DNA of 61,055 bases, filler included. It is 7 parts of 7 records of this genome, joined end to end, with 100 filler letters (N's around TTAATTAATTAA, not from the genome) between each part and the next. Parts side by side here need not be neighbours in the genome. Positions count along the whole stretch, not along the records: positions 37,337 to 48,689 come from SRR31156797_44455; positions 48,790 to 54,237 come from SRR31156797_44481; 5 more parts are not named here. The stretch is one strand, 5' to 3'. Position numbers and translations under genes: made by a program. The notes below the pieces were generated by a model. That model made no database searches and was not told where the DNA came from. It saw nothing but the letters and a program-made list of their open reading frames with translations. Position 1 is the stretch's first letter, and every line of letters begins with the position of its first letter. Below are positions 39,397 to 49,622 of this stretch, one piece after another.

Positions 39397-40452
39397 ATGA
39401 AAAAACTGTCAATTCTTTTTGCAGCTGTTCTGGTTCTTATGCTTGTTGGATGCAGTAAGAAGACCGAGGAGGCTGCCGCTCCCGCAGAGGAGAAAGCCGT
39501 TGAGGCCGCCGCGCCCGCAACCACGGTTGCCATGGTAACCGATGTGGGCGGTGTTAACGACCAGTCCTTCAACCAGTCGGCCTGGGAGGGTCTTCAGAGA
39601 GCCGAAAAAGAGATGGGCATCAAAGTTTCCTACAAGGAGTCCAAGCAGAACGCCGACTACCTCCCCAATATGGAAGGGGCTCTTGATGATGAGAACGACC
39701 TGATCTGGGGAATCGGATTCATGATGGCCGACGCCATACTGGAAGCCGCTCAGAACAATCCCACCCAGAACTACGCCATTATTGACAATGCATACGAGGA
39801 TACTCCTTCCAACCTGGTCGGTGTCGTTTTCGAAGCCGAACAGTGCTCCTACCTGGTAGGTTACATCGCTGGTAGAATGACTCAGACCGGAAAGGTCGGA
39901 TTCATCGGCGGAATCAAGTTCTTCCTGATCGAGGAATTCGAGTACGGTTTCAAGGCCGGAGTCAAGCAGGCCGGTGCCGATATTGAGATCCTGACCCAGT
40001 ATGCCGAGTCCTTCACCGACGCTGCCAAGGGTAAGTCCATTGCCAACTCCATGTACCAGCAGGGCGCTGACATCATCTTCCACGCCGCCGGCGGTGTGGG
40101 AAACGGTCTGATCGAAGCGGCCAAGGAGCAGGGAAAGTGGGCCATCGGTGTTGACAGAGACCAGAACTACCTGGCTCCCGACAACGTCCTGACCTCTGCC
40201 ATGAAGAGAGTTGACAACGGTATATACAATCTGTCCAAGGAACTTCACGAAGGCAATTTCCCCGGCGGATCTACCGTTGCCTACGGTCTGGCTGAAGGCG
40301 GCGTCGGCATCGCTCCCACAAGCTCCAAGCATGTTCCTGCCGATATCCTGGCAGAAATCGAGAAGCTTGAGCAGCTGATCATCGACGGTGTTTTTGTCGT
40401 TCCCAACACAGCGGATACCTACGAAGCCTACAAGCCCGTAGAGCTTAAGTGA
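39397..40452 (+). CDS. BMP-family nucleoside-binding lipoprotein
   Basis: Lipobox LVGC, DVGG.NDQSFNQSAWEG, ADIIFHAAG, IGVDRDQ, TSAMKRVD. Confidence 0.93.
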   Translation: MKKLSILFAAVLVLMLVGCSKKTEEAAAPAEEKAVEAAAPATTVAMVTDVGGVNDQSFNQSAWEGLQRAEKEMGIKVSYKESKQNADYLPNMEGALDDENDLIWGIGFMMADAILEAAQNNPTQNYAIIDNAYEDTPSNLVGVVFEAEQCSYLVGYIAGRMTQTGKVGFIGGIKFFLIEEFEYGFKAGVKQAGADIEILTQYAESFTDAAKGKSIANSMYQQGADIIFHAAGGVGNGLIEAAKEQGKWAIGVDRDQNYLAPDNVLTSAMKRVDNGIYNLSKELHEGNFPGGSTVAYGLAEGGVGIAPTSSKHVPADILAEIEKLEQLIIDGVFVVPNTADTYEAYKPVELK

Positions 40453-40474
40453 TCTAGTAAAATGAAGTGATTTG

Positions 40475-40507
40475 ATTGACCCTGCGCCCTCCGGCAGGGT
40501 CAATTTT
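40475..40507 (+). terminator. Intra-operon hairpin after the binding-protein gene
   Basis: ATTGACCCTGC(40475-85)/GCAGGGTCAAT(40494-504), followed by TTT. Confidence 0.6.
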
Positions 40508-40523
40508 CGTTTGGGGGGAGCAA

Positions 40524-42050
40524 TTGAATAACTATGATTTTGACCGGACAGCCGTAGAGATGAAGGGGATCACTCAGAAATTCGGTACCCTGGTCGCCAA
40601 TGACAATATCGATCTGACCGTACACAAGGGAGAGGTCCATGCCCTGCTCGGAGAGAACGGAGCGGGCAAAACCACCCTTGTTAATTCTCTGTACGGTCTG
40701 TACCATCCGACCGCCGGAGAGATTTTCATCAACGGTGAAAAGGTCGTTATGGATACGCCCAATGTCGCTATTCAGCACGGCATAGGAATGGTTCATCAGC
40801 ATTTTATGCTGGTGAAGCCCTTCACTGTTGTTGAGAATATTATCCTCGGAAAAGAGACGCATCGTTACGGTGTCCTGGATATGGACAAGGCCCGTAAGGA
40901 CGTTCTGGAAATTTCCAAAAAGTATGGACTTGCCATCGATCCCGACGCATGCATTCAGGACATAACCGTGGGAATGCAGCAGAGGGTTGAAATACTGAAG
41001 GCCCTCTACAGAGGTGCCGATATACTGATACTGGACGAGCCTACGGCTGTTCTGACGCCCCAGGAGATCCTGGATCTGATCAAGATCATCGACAGTCTGA
41101 CCGAGCAGGGGAAAACGGTGATCATCATCACCCATAAGCTCAAAGAGATTAAGGATGTTTCCGACTTCTGCACCATCATACGCAGGGGGAAGAAAATCGA
41201 TACCGTAAAGGTGGCCGATGTCACCGAAGCCGACCTGGCTTCCATGATGGTCGGCCGCGAAGTGGTCTTCAAGGTTCCCAAAGAGGAAGCGGTCCCCGGG
41301 GATACTGTTCTGGAGATCAAGGATCTCCATGTCAGGGACAACAGGAACATCACGGCCGTCAACGGCCTGAACCTGAATGTCAGAAAGGGTGAGATCGTCG
41401 GTATCGCAGGGGTTGACGGTAACGGACAGAACGAGCTGGTCGACGCCCTTACAGGGCTGGCGAAGGCCGAATCGGGAAGCATTGCCGTAAACGGCAGTGA
41501 GATGCTGGAGCTCAGTCCTAGAGGCATCCTGGACCACAAGGTCTCAACCATTCCCCAGGACCGTCAGAAGCGCGGCCTCGTGCTGGAGTATTCTATCGCC
41601 GAGAACATTATCATCGAAAACTATAAGAAAGCCCCCTTCTCTAAAAAGGGCTGGCTGAATTTTCCGGCGATCAAGGAGTACGCCCGCAAACTGGTCAAGG
41701 ACTTCGATATCCGACCGGATGATGAGAATTATGTATCCGGAGCCCTCTCGGGGGGGAACCAGCAGAAGGTGATCATCGCCAGGGAGATCTCCAACGATCC
41801 CGATCTGCTGATCGCCGTGCAGCCTACCCGCGGGCTGGACGTGGGAGCCATTGAATACGTCCACAAGGCCCTGGTCGCCCAGAGGGACAAGGGCAAGGCC
41901 GTCCTGCTGATCTCTCTGGAGCTGGATGAGGTTATCAACGTATCCGACCGCATCGCCGTCATCTATGAGGGCGAAATCGTCGGGGAGCTCAAAGGGGAAG
42001 GCGCCGATGAGAATGAAATCGGCCTGATGATGGCTGGAGGTAAGGCATGA
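40524..42050 (+). CDS. Nucleoside ABC transporter ATPase (NupA/YufO-like, tandem NBDs)
   Basis: GENGAGKTT, LDEPTAVL, LSGGNQQK, QPTRGLD; TTG 40524 after a GGGGAG RBS. Confidence 0.92.
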   Translation: MNNYDFDRTAVEMKGITQKFGTLVANDNIDLTVHKGEVHALLGENGAGKTTLVNSLYGLYHPTAGEIFINGEKVVMDTPNVAIQHGIGMVHQHFMLVKPFTVVENIILGKETHRYGVLDMDKARKDVLEISKKYGLAIDPDACIQDITVGMQQRVEILKALYRGADILILDEPTAVLTPQEILDLIKIIDSLTEQGKTVIIITHKLKEIKDVSDFCTIIRRGKKIDTVKVADVTEADLASMMVGREVVFKVPKEEAVPGDTVLEIKDLHVRDNRNITAVNGLNLNVRKGEIVGIAGVDGNGQNELVDALTGLAKAESGSIAVNGSEMLELSPRGILDHKVSTIPQDRQKRGLVLEYSIAENIIIENYKKAPFSKKGWLNFPAIKEYARKLVKDFDIRPDDENYVSGALSGGNQQKVIIAREISNDPDLLIAVQPTRGLDVGAIEYVHKALVAQRDKGKAVLLISLELDEVINVSDRIAVIYEGEIVGELKGEGADENEIGLMMAGGKA

Positions 42051-43144
42051 AAAAAAGCATCACTGATTCGCCCCTGGCGTTGACCATCATATCGGTAATC
42101 CTGGGGCTCGTAGTGGGAGCCCTGATCCTTCTTTTCATCGGATATAATCCCCTTGAGGCCTACAGGATCATGCTGAACGGTATCTTCAGCAAACCCAAGT
42201 ACATATCCTGGACGGTCATCTACGCCACGCCCATTATACTGACAGGTCTCTCTGTGGCATTCGCCTTTAAAACCGGGCTGTTCAACATCGGTGCTGAAGG
42301 CCAGTTTATCGTAGGAGCTCTGACAGCAGCCCTGACGGGTTATTTCATACAGATGCCTGCCATACTGCATGTTCCCTTCGTTCTGCTTTGCGCTGTTACG
42401 GCAGGGGCCCTTTGGGGCGGCATCGCGGGATGGCTGAAGGCCAGGTTCGGGGTGAACGAGGTTATCGCAACGATCATGCTCAACTGGATAGCTCTTTACC
42501 TGAATAACTTCCTCGTTCTTCATGACGGAATCAAGAGAGAAGGCTCCGAGGCCACCAACAAGATCCATAACTCAGCAAAGATCATCTTCTTTGATGTCTG
42601 GAAAAAAAGCGAAGAGGGAATTGCATTCAGGAAAGCCCATCCCTTCTTCAATGACATCTTCAGCACCCCCGCCAACGCGGGATTTCTGATCGGAGTCATA
42701 ATGGCCGTCCTTATCCTGCTGGTCCTCAACAGAACGACCCTGGGCTACGGCCTGAAGGCGGTGGGATTCAACAAGGACGCCGCTGAGTTCGGAGGAATCA
42801 ACATCAAGAACAGCGTCATGAGTTCCATGGCCATAGCCGGGGGGCTCTCCGGTCTGGCAGGCGCCGTTCAGGTCATGGGATTCACCAGAGAGGCGACGGG
42901 CCTGGCGGCGGCCGAAGGTTTCGGTTTCGAAGGGATTTCGGTCGCCCTGATCGGCGGCAACAATCCCATAGGCTGTGTCCTGGCCGGCCTTCTCTACGGG
43001 GCGTTGAAGTACGGCGGGTCAAAGATCCAGCCCAAGATAGGCGCCCCCTATGAGATCATCAGCATCATCATGGGTACGATCGTACTGTTTATCGCCATGC
43101 CGAAGCTGATCAAATTAGCCAGCAAGAAGAAGGAGGCCAAGTGA
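42047..43144 (+). CDS. Nucleoside ABC transporter permease (NupB-like)
   Basis: GLFNIGAEGQ, NEVI.TIMLN, G..LKAVG.N..AA. Confidence 0.92.
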   Translation: MKKSITDSPLALTIISVILGLVVGALILLFIGYNPLEAYRIMLNGIFSKPKYISWTVIYATPIILTGLSVAFAFKTGLFNIGAEGQFIVGALTAALTGYFIQMPAILHVPFVLLCAVTAGALWGGIAGWLKARFGVNEVIATIMLNWIALYLNNFLVLHDGIKREGSEATNKIHNSAKIIFFDVWKKSEEGIAFRKAHPFFNDIFSTPANAGFLIGVIMAVLILLVLNRTTLGYGLKAVGFNKDAAEFGGINIKNSVMSSMAIAGGLSGLAGAVQVMGFTREATGLAAAEGFGFEGISVALIGGNNPIGCVLAGLLYGALKYGGSKIQPKIGAPYEIISIIMGTIVLFIAMPKLIKLASKKKEAK

Positions 43145-44073
43145 TGTTTCTCGAAAGCCTAGCGTTTCTCCTGGGTACGACTCTTATGTACTCCACTCCT
43201 CTCATCTACACCTCCCTCGGCGGAACCATCTCCGAAAACTCGGGGGTCGTCAATATCGGACTTGAGGGGATCATGTTTATGGGGGCCTTCGTCGGCGCGG
43301 GCATCGGATACTATGCCCACAGCGGCTGGATCGGATTCCTGGCTGCCGGCGTAGTGGGCGGTCTTTTCGGGCTGCTCCATGCCGTCGCCTGTATCAGCTT
43401 TACGGCCAATCAGGTCGTTTCGGGTATCGCCATCAACTTCCTGGGCCCCGGGTTCGGGCTCCTGCTCTGCCGGCTCATGTTCGACGGAGCGGCCATGTCC
43501 ATCCCCCTCGCGCTGGATGAGAAGATCCCCCGCCCTCTGAACGGACTGTTTGAAACCAACTCCTTTATGGATGTGATCTTCAACCGTTACGCCACGGTCT
43601 ATCTGGCCTTTCTGATGGTGCTGTTGGTATGGTTCGTTCTGTATAAAACCAGATTGGGCCTGAGGATCCGATCCGTCGGGGAGCATCCTGAAGCGGCGGC
43701 TACACTGGGCATCGATGTGTACAAGATCCGTTATATGTCCGTGATCGCCTCAGGCGTTTTCGCCGGTCTGGGCGGAGCTGCCATGAGTGTGGCCATCGTC
43801 TCCCAGTTTCAGGTGACCCTGATCTCAGGTCAGGGATTCATCGCTCTGGCGGCGATGATATTCGGTAAGTGGAAGCCCCAGGGCGCCATGAAGGCCTGCC
43901 TGCTCTTCGGCTTCGCACAGGCCATCGTCGTCTTTATGCCTCGAACGGGGCTGGAGGTTCCCAGTCAGCTTCTGAGCATGCTGCCTTATATCCTGACCCT
44001 GGTACTGCTGGTTCTCTTTGTTGGAAAGTCAGTAGCGCCTTCCGCGGACGGCGAGATCTACGAAAAGCACTGA
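43141..44073 (+). CDS. Nucleoside ABC transporter permease (NupC-like)
   Basis: SENSGVVNIGLEG, GLRIRSVGEHP.AA, GFIALAAMIFGKWKP. Confidence 0.92.
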   Translation: MMFLESLAFLLGTTLMYSTPLIYTSLGGTISENSGVVNIGLEGIMFMGAFVGAGIGYYAHSGWIGFLAAGVVGGLFGLLHAVACISFTANQVVSGIAINFLGPGFGLLLCRLMFDGAAMSIPLALDEKIPRPLNGLFETNSFMDVIFNRYATVYLAFLMVLLVWFVLYKTRLGLRIRSVGEHPEAAATLGIDVYKIRYMSVIASGVFAGLGGAAMSVAIVSQFQVTLISGQGFIALAAMIFGKWKPQGAMKACLLFGFAQAIVVFMPRTGLEVPSQLLSMLPYILTLVLLVLFVGKSVAPSADGEIYEKH

Positions 44074-44092
44074 CCTCCATTCTGCAAACTGC

Positions 44093-44127
44093 AAAAAAAG
44101 GGGGCTTCTCCAGATGGAGAGCCCCTT
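44093..44127 (-). terminator. Intrinsic terminator between convergent genes (possibly bidirectional)
   Basis: A7 tract, then GGGGGCTTCTCCA-GA-TGGAGAGCCCCTT. Confidence 0.7.
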
Positions 44128-44149
44128 ATATTAATGAACCGATACCGGA

Positions 44150-44536
44150 TCAGGCTATTCGGATATCCCCGCTCCAAACCTCATCCACATACATGTAAAA
44201 GGCGGCCTTAGGGGTCATCTGGGGATGGTTGGTGTGTACCCATTCCACCGTTTCATCATACTTCTGGCCCTCTTTATAGCACTTCGCCCTGCCCTTCACC
44301 TGATAGGCCTTCTTGCTATCCGGATCCATTACGACGAAGGAAAGCTGGGGATTGGCATCCAGGTTGAGCCTCGTTTTGTCAAATTTATTATCCGCCAGGA
44401 CGATTGTCTGGTCATCCACGGCCTTCAGGTATGTCATATAAACCAGATTCGGTTTACCCTTCTTATCGGCGGTCGCAACGCAATAGGGCATGGTTTTGTC
44501 CATGGCCTTTCTGACTTCTGTTGATAATTTAGCCAT
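44150..44536 (-). CDS. Pyridoxamine 5'-phosphate oxidase-like FMN-binding split-barrel protein
   Basis: VATAD..GKPN, KT..NL..NP, YQVKG; AGGAG RBS before ATG 44536. Confidence 0.85.
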   Translation of the reverse strand: MAKLSTEVRKAMDKTMPYCVATADKKGKPNLVYMTYLKAVDDQTIVLADNKFDKTRLNLDANPQLSFVVMDPDSKKAYQVKGRAKCYKEGQKYDETVEWVHTNHPQMTPKAAFYMYVDEVWSGDIRIA

Positions 44537-44679
44537 AATTACTCTCCTGATGTTATATACCTTGGTCAATGTCAAGGTAACAGAATTAGAAAGGAACGGC
44601 AATAGCATTCTTTTGTTAATTATTTATGACGAAAACAATTATAAATGTTTTTCTAAGGAATGGATTCAGGCTGTGTGAA

Positions 44680-45849
44680 TCAGAAAGACCTTACGGCAGC
44701 GTAGAAGGCCAGGATGTTTTCAAGGGGGACATCGGCCTGGATGTAGTGGGCGGAGGCGCATACGTAACCTCCTCCTTTGCCCAGAGTCCGGCACAGGTAA
44801 TCGGCTTCTCCGGCGACCTGGTCTACCGTCCCGAAGGGAAATGTCCTCTGAAGGTCTCCGCCGCCGTGGAAGGACAGGACTTCTCCGTATCGCCTCTTGA
44901 TCAAGGCCATATCCATGCCTTTGGCAGCGGGTTGAAGGGGATTGAGGACATCGATGAGCATCTCGTCGCGAAAGGCCTCGATCAGGGGAAGGACGGCCCC
45001 GCATGAGTGGTAGATAAGCTTCACGTCATACTCTTTGATGACTCTGTTCAGTCTCCGGTGAAAGGGCAGGATGAAGCGCCTCCACATATCGGGCGACATG
45101 AGAAGGCCGTCCTGGGTCGCCACGTCGTCGTAGGTATAGACCATGTCTATCCTGTCCCCCGCCGCTTCCATGGCCGCTCTGAAGTTGGCGATGAAGATGT
45201 CGGTGTAGCAGTCCATGATGGCCAGGGGGATCTCCGGCCTCTCGTAGAGGGCGATCAGGAAGTCGTCCAGGCCGTACAGACCCCAGGCCGATTCGAAGAT
45301 ACCGCCGATATCGTAGCGCAGGTGCCTCCTGTTCAGTCGGTTCGCCCTGTCTGCGGCACGGCCGAGGCTGTTCCAGTCCCAGTAGGAGCTCTTCGGCCAT
45401 TTGGGCCACTGCTCGACATCCGCTACCGACGAGGCCTGAGCCAGGGGGAAGGCAGCGTATTCCTCGTATGTGGAGTACTCATTGCTGACGGTCTTGCGGA
45501 GGCTGCCCCAGGGATTGTAGAAGCTGCCGTCGGGCAGGACCTCCGGTTCGGGGCCTATATAGTCGGGAGAGAGGATCCGGCAGTCTACGCCGAGGATGTC
45601 CAGAACCTCGTCCTTCGACCGGGCGTTGAAGAACTCCCGGAGCCTGCTCCAGTTCTCCGGGACCGCCCAGAAGTCGAAGGGCACCCTGTCCGGGCTGTGA
45701 TGATCCAAAGCCCGGCTGACACGCTCGTGGGAACTCATTGAAGCGGCTGCCGGATTCCAGGCTTCCTCGAAGCCTTCGCGTAAAGCGTCAGCGTCCAGAC
45801 TGCCGGCCTTCAGCAAGCGCAGCAGCTCTCCTGAGTTCCGGGAGCTCAC
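44680..45849 (-). CDS. Uroporphyrinogen decarboxylase / MtaA-CmuA methyltransferase family protein
   Basis: MSSHERV..AL.H..PDRVP, DD...Q.GLLMSP..WR, YHSCG, LNPLQP, GGGY; GTGA overlap with the deoB stop. Confidence 0.85.
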   Translation of the reverse strand: MSSRNSGELLRLLKAGSLDADALREGFEEAWNPAAASMSSHERVSRALDHHSPDRVPFDFWAVPENWSRLREFFNARSKDEVLDILGVDCRILSPDYIGPEPEVLPDGSFYNPWGSLRKTVSNEYSTYEEYAAFPLAQASSVADVEQWPKWPKSSYWDWNSLGRAADRANRLNRRHLRYDIGGIFESAWGLYGLDDFLIALYERPEIPLAIMDCYTDIFIANFRAAMEAAGDRIDMVYTYDDVATQDGLLMSPDMWRRFILPFHRRLNRVIKEYDVKLIYHSCGAVLPLIEAFRDEMLIDVLNPLQPAAKGMDMALIKRRYGEVLSFHGGGDLQRTFPFGTVDQVAGEADYLCRTLGKGGGYVCASAHYIQADVPLENILAFYAAVRSF

Positions 45850-47024
45850 AGAAAGGACTGCCCGTGCTCCATGGCTGGCACGCCGAAGTACTCGCACAGG
45901 GCGGCAGCCATGTCGGCAAAGCTTTCGCGCACGCCCACAGATTTTCCTTCAGCGCCTTTTCTGTACCAGAGGAGGGGCACGTGTTCCCGGGTATGATCGG
46001 TGCCTGCGAAGGCGGGATCGCAGCCGTGGTCGCCCGTGACGATCAGAACATCCCCTTCGTCCATCATGGACGCATATCTTCCGATCTCTTCGTCCACCTC
46101 GCTGACGGCCTTGCCATAGCCGGGCACGTCCCGTCGGTGACCGAAGACCATATCCGTATCCACCAGGTTGACGAATACGAACTCCTTCCCTTCCGCCGGT
46201 GTCGACAGGAGCCGGGACGTTCTCTCCATACAGGCGGGGTTGCCGGCGTCATGATGGCTTTCGTCGATACCCGACTCGTTGAAGATGGAGCCGATCTTGC
46301 CGACGGCCACGGTTTTCACGCCGTTCTTCTGAAGGTGATCCAGTACCGAATCGCCGGGCAGGGCGATGGAGTAGTCGTGCCTCTCCTTGGTCCTGTAGAA
46401 CTCCCCCGCCGGGCCGGCGAAGGGGCGGGCGATCACACGGCCGACCGCCAGGGGATCGCAGAGTTCACGGGCGATCTCGCACATCCTGTAGAGCTCCTCG
46501 ATGGAGTACCTGTCCATATGGCAGGCGATCTGGAAGACCGAGTCGGCCGACGTGTAGCAGATGGGGTAACCCGTCTTCAGATGTTCCTCGCCCAGCTCCT
46601 CGATGATGGCCGTACCGCTGGCCGCTTTGTTGCCAAGGATACCGCCGCAGCCCGTGCGATCGACAAAGGCCTGAACCAGATCCTCAGGGAAGGAGGGATA
46701 GTCCTTGGGGAACTGGGTAAACGCCTTTTCCAGAACAAGGCCGGACATCTCCCAGTGGCCTGTGGTGGTGTCCTTTCCGGGGGACTTCTCCTTCATGACG
46801 CCCCAGTTCGCCGTCGGTTTTTCAACGGCTTCGCAGCCGGGAAGCGGATTCCCGAGCAGCTCCGAGGCGTTTCCCAGCCCCATGGCCTTCATATGGGGCC
46901 ACAGAGGGCCTTCCACGCCCTCGCAGATATGCAGAGCCGTATTGGCCCCCACGTCGCCGTAGTCGGCCGCATCGGGCAGAGCGCCGATGCCGAAACTGTC
47001 AATAACCAGAACTGTTGCCCGCAT
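45846..47024 (-). CDS. deoB: Phosphopentomutase
   Basis: [49 protein letters not shown]. Confidence 0.96.
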   Translation of the reverse strand: MRATVLVIDSFGIGALPDAADYGDVGANTALHICEGVEGPLWPHMKAMGLGNASELLGNPLPGCEAVEKPTANWGVMKEKSPGKDTTTGHWEMSGLVLEKAFTQFPKDYPSFPEDLVQAFVDRTGCGGILGNKAASGTAIIEELGEEHLKTGYPICYTSADSVFQIACHMDRYSIEELYRMCEIARELCDPLAVGRVIARPFAGPAGEFYRTKERHDYSIALPGDSVLDHLQKNGVKTVAVGKIGSIFNESGIDESHHDAGNPACMERTSRLLSTPAEGKEFVFVNLVDTDMVFGHRRDVPGYGKAVSEVDEEIGRYASMMDEGDVLIVTGDHGCDPAFAGTDHTREHVPLLWYRKGAEGKSVGVRESFADMAAALCEYFGVPAMEHGQSFL

Positions 47025-47673
47025 CCGCGTCACCTCCTACGATTGCGATTCCCGCGCTGGCGCCCAGGCGGTCGGCACCGGCCTCGATCATGGCCAGGGC
47101 CGTCTCTCTGTCACGGATGCCTCCGGCGGCCTTTACCTGCAGGCCGGGAACGGTCTTGTGCATCAGCGCCACATCCTCGACGGTGGCGCCGCCGGTTCCG
47201 AAACCGGTGGAGGTCTTCACGAAATCGGCTCCCGCTTCCTCGCAGAGCAGGCAGGCCTGACGGATCTCTTCCTTGCTCAGATAGCAGTTCTCCAGGATGA
47301 CCTTGACCAGGGCGTCTCCGGATGCGTCTACTACGGCCTTTATATCGTCCCGAACATAGTCGGTGTTGCCGGCCTTCATCTGGCCGATATTGATAACCAT
47401 ATCCACCTCGCCCGCTCCGTCTGCAACGGCCTGCCTGGTCTCGGCGGCCTTGGTTGAGCTGGGAGAGGCTCCCAGGGGGAATCCGACGACCACGCAGGTC
47501 ACCACGTCGCTTCCCCTCAGTTTCTCGGCGGCAAGGGCCGCATAGCAGGCATTGACGCAGACCGAAGCGAAATCATATTCCACAGCCTCGGCGCAGAGCT
47601 TTTCAACCTCCGACGGCATGGCAGCAGCCTTCAAGAGGGTGTGGTCGATATACTTGGATAACTTCTTTTCCAT
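46999..47673 (-). CDS. deoC: Deoxyribose-phosphate aldolase
   Basis: [29 protein letters not shown]-terminal Tyr tail; overlaps deoB by 26 nt. Confidence 0.96.
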   Translation of the reverse strand: MEKKLSKYIDHTLLKAAAMPSEVEKLCAEAVEYDFASVCVNACYAALAAEKLRGSDVVTCVVVGFPLGASPSSTKAAETRQAVADGAGEVDMVINIGQMKAGNTDYVRDDIKAVVDASGDALVKVILENCYLSKEEIRQACLLCEEAGADFVKTSTGFGTGGATVEDVALMHKTVPGLQVKAAGGIRDRETALAMIEAGADRLGASAGIAIVGGDADAGNSSGY

Positions 47674-47717
47674 AAAACAACTCCTTCGACAGCTATAATT
47701 TACTCAATACTGACTGA

Positions 47718-48689
47718 TTAATCAATTTTATTCTCGTCATAAATGGTGGCGAGGCCTCCCTGAGAGGTCTCCCTGTAGGTGCTCATCAGATCGCGCCCCG
47801 TCTGGGTCATGGTGGAGATGGCCTCGTCCAGGGTGACCTTGTGCATCCCGTCACCCATGATCGCGTATTCCGCATTGGCGATGGCCCGGCTCGCCCCCAT
47901 GACATTCCTCTCTATACAGGGGATCTGGACCAGGCCCTTGATGGGATCGCAGGTCAGGCCCAGATGGTGCTCCAGAGCCGATTCGGCCGCGTATTCCACC
48001 TGCCTGGGAGTCCCCCCCATCAGCTGGGCCGCCGCTCCGGCGGCCATGGCGCAGGCCACCCCAACCTCTCCCTGGCAGCCCACCTCTGCCCCCGATATGG
48101 AGCCGTTCGTCCGGGCCAGGTTGCCGATCAGCCCTGCCGTGGCCAAGGCCCGGATCAGGTCCACCTCGCTCAGTTCGAAGGACTCTTTCATGGATCGGAG
48201 CACGGCGGGCAGCACGCCGCTTGCCCCGCAGGTGGGCGCGGTCACGACGATGCCGCCCCCCGCATTGGTCTCCGATACGGCCAGGGCATAGGAGAAGAGC
48301 CTGGCCGATGTGGAAAGGGGCTCGGCAAGCATGGCGGCCCTCTTCTTGTAGCTTGTGGCCTTACGGCTCAGGTAGAGCCCTCCGGGCAGGACTCCTTCGT
48401 CGCTGAGTCCGGTCTCGATGGAGTTCATCATATCCTGCAGGACAGAGCCCAGGAAGCTCCGGATCCCCTTGCCTTCGTGCATGAAGACGTACTCCCAGAG
48501 GGTCAGGCCGTTCTTTCCCACATACTTGAGGATCTTGGCCATGGAGCTGTGGGGGTAGATATCCTTTCCCTCCCCGGTCTCCTCCTCGCCGCTGGTGCGG
48601 ATGATGCCTCCGCCGATGCTGTAGCCCTCCCACTCGCCGACGACAGCGCCGCCGTTCAGGGCCTCCATCTTCATCCCGTTGGGATGCTC
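47718..48689 (-). CDS. sdaA: Fe-S L-serine dehydratase, single chain; 5' truncated
   Basis: HPNGM, YSIGGG, TAPTCGA, SGAEVGCQGEVG, HHLGLTCDP, VQIPCIERN. Confidence 0.93.
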   Translation of the reverse strand, partial: EHPNGMKMEALNGGAVVGEWEGYSIGGGIIRTSGEEETGEGKDIYPHSSMAKILKYVGKNGLTLWEYVFMHEGKGIRSFLGSVLQDMMNSIETGLSDEGVLPGGLYLSRKATSYKKRAAMLAEPLSTSARLFSYALAVSETNAGGGIVVTAPTCGASGVLPAVLRSMKESFELSEVDLIRALATAGLIGNLARTNGSISGAEVGCQGEVGVACAMAAGAAAQLMGGTPRQVEYAAESALEHHLGLTCDPIKGLVQIPCIERNVMGASRAIANAEYAIMGDGMHKVTLDEAISTMTQTGRDLMSTYRETSQGGLATIYDENKID

Positions 48690-48789
48690 NNNNNNNNNNN
48701 NNNNNNNNNNNNNNNNNNNNNNNNNNNNNNNNNTTAATTAATTAANNNNNNNNNNNNNNNNNNNNNNNNNNNNNNNNNNNNNNNNNNNN
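48690..48789. other. Artificial contig spacer
   Basis: 44 N + TTAATTAATTAA + 44 N. Confidence 0.99.
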
Positions 48790-48811
48790 GGCACTGTTTA
48801 TAGTCTTTCAT
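48790..48811 (-). CDS. Possible 5' fragment of a gene (MKDYKQC...) cut by the contig end
   Basis: AGGAG RBS 6 nt before an ATG; only 7 codons visible. Confidence 0.4.
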
Positions 48812-48867
48812 AACACGCTCCTGTCCTCAGTATAATTCCTAAAGGGGAGTCGCGCGCTTTTTTGCCA

Positions 48868-49503
48868 CTAAAGAAGACTCCGGGCCTTTCTGAGATTGGC
48901 TGTGTGCGCGGGGATGGGCATCAGGTCCAGGGCCTTTTCAAAGTAGGAAACCGCTTTGGCCGGATCGTTATTGTTTTTCAGTGCGATAACTCCCAGGTTG
49001 TTCACTATCTGAAAGCTGCTCGGATCCTCTTTCATACCCTGTTCCAACAGCTCTTGCGCCTTCTCGACGGAGCCCTCCTTCATTTTCGCCAGGGCTTCCT
49101 CAAGTCTGTCGGCGGCTCCGAAAGCGGCGGCCGTTCTCATTTCGTTACCAAGGATGCCTATCCTGAGGCTCAGCCAGTTCTCGCAGTGGTTCAGATACTC
49201 TTCCAGCCGCTTATAGTACATCAGTGCCTGCTCTCTTTTTCCCCAGCGGTAGTAGAGATCTCCCAGGGTACGAAGGCGGTCGCCTGTTTCTCCGTAGCTA
49301 TCGATCTCGTCAATCAGAAAGGTCTCTGCCCGGCCGTAGTCGTTCATAGCGAAGTAGCAAAGCCCGATATTATGCATCAGGCCCGGATGCCGGAGATCCC
49401 CGCGGAGAATCTTCTCATAGTATGTCAGCGCTTTGGTATAGTCCGTACTGATATAGGCGTTCAGGGCGAAGCGGTTCAGGAAAAAGAGTTTTATCTTGTT
49501 CAT
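48868..49503 (-). CDS. Tetratricopeptide repeat protein
   Basis: TPR units NIGLCY...DY.RA, LGDLYY..G..EQA, NNLGVI......KA..YFEKAL. Confidence 0.85.
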   Translation of the reverse strand: MNKIKLFFLNRFALNAYISTDYTKALTYYEKILRGDLRHPGLMHNIGLCYFAMNDYGRAETFLIDEIDSYGETGDRLRTLGDLYYRWGKREQALMYYKRLEEYLNHCENWLSLRIGILGNEMRTAAAFGAADRLEEALAKMKEGSVEKAQELLEQGMKEDPSSFQIVNNLGVIALKNNNDPAKAVSYFEKALDLMPIPAHTANLRKARSLL

Positions 49504-49622
49504 TGAGCTTTATCCCTTGTTTTTCTATTATTGAGGATAATCAGCTTCAGGAGTGCGCCTTAAGGTCTCTACGCTATGGAGCGCACTCCTGCTGCTGGTG
49601 TTTTATCCGGATCAGCCTTATC

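Noticed and set aside
46999..47033. deoC/deoB overlap as a frameshift or assembly error
   Set aside because: DeoC ends in the usual flexible tail with a terminal Tyr, and deoB has its own AGGAGG RBS; both genes are intact.
45738..47300. 520-aa plus-strand ORF; similarly 31610-32773, 32313-33758, 33888-35129 and 39409-40503
   Set aside because: Antisense shadows of deoB/deoC, the T1SS genes, the BASS gene and the BMP gene, caused by codon bias.
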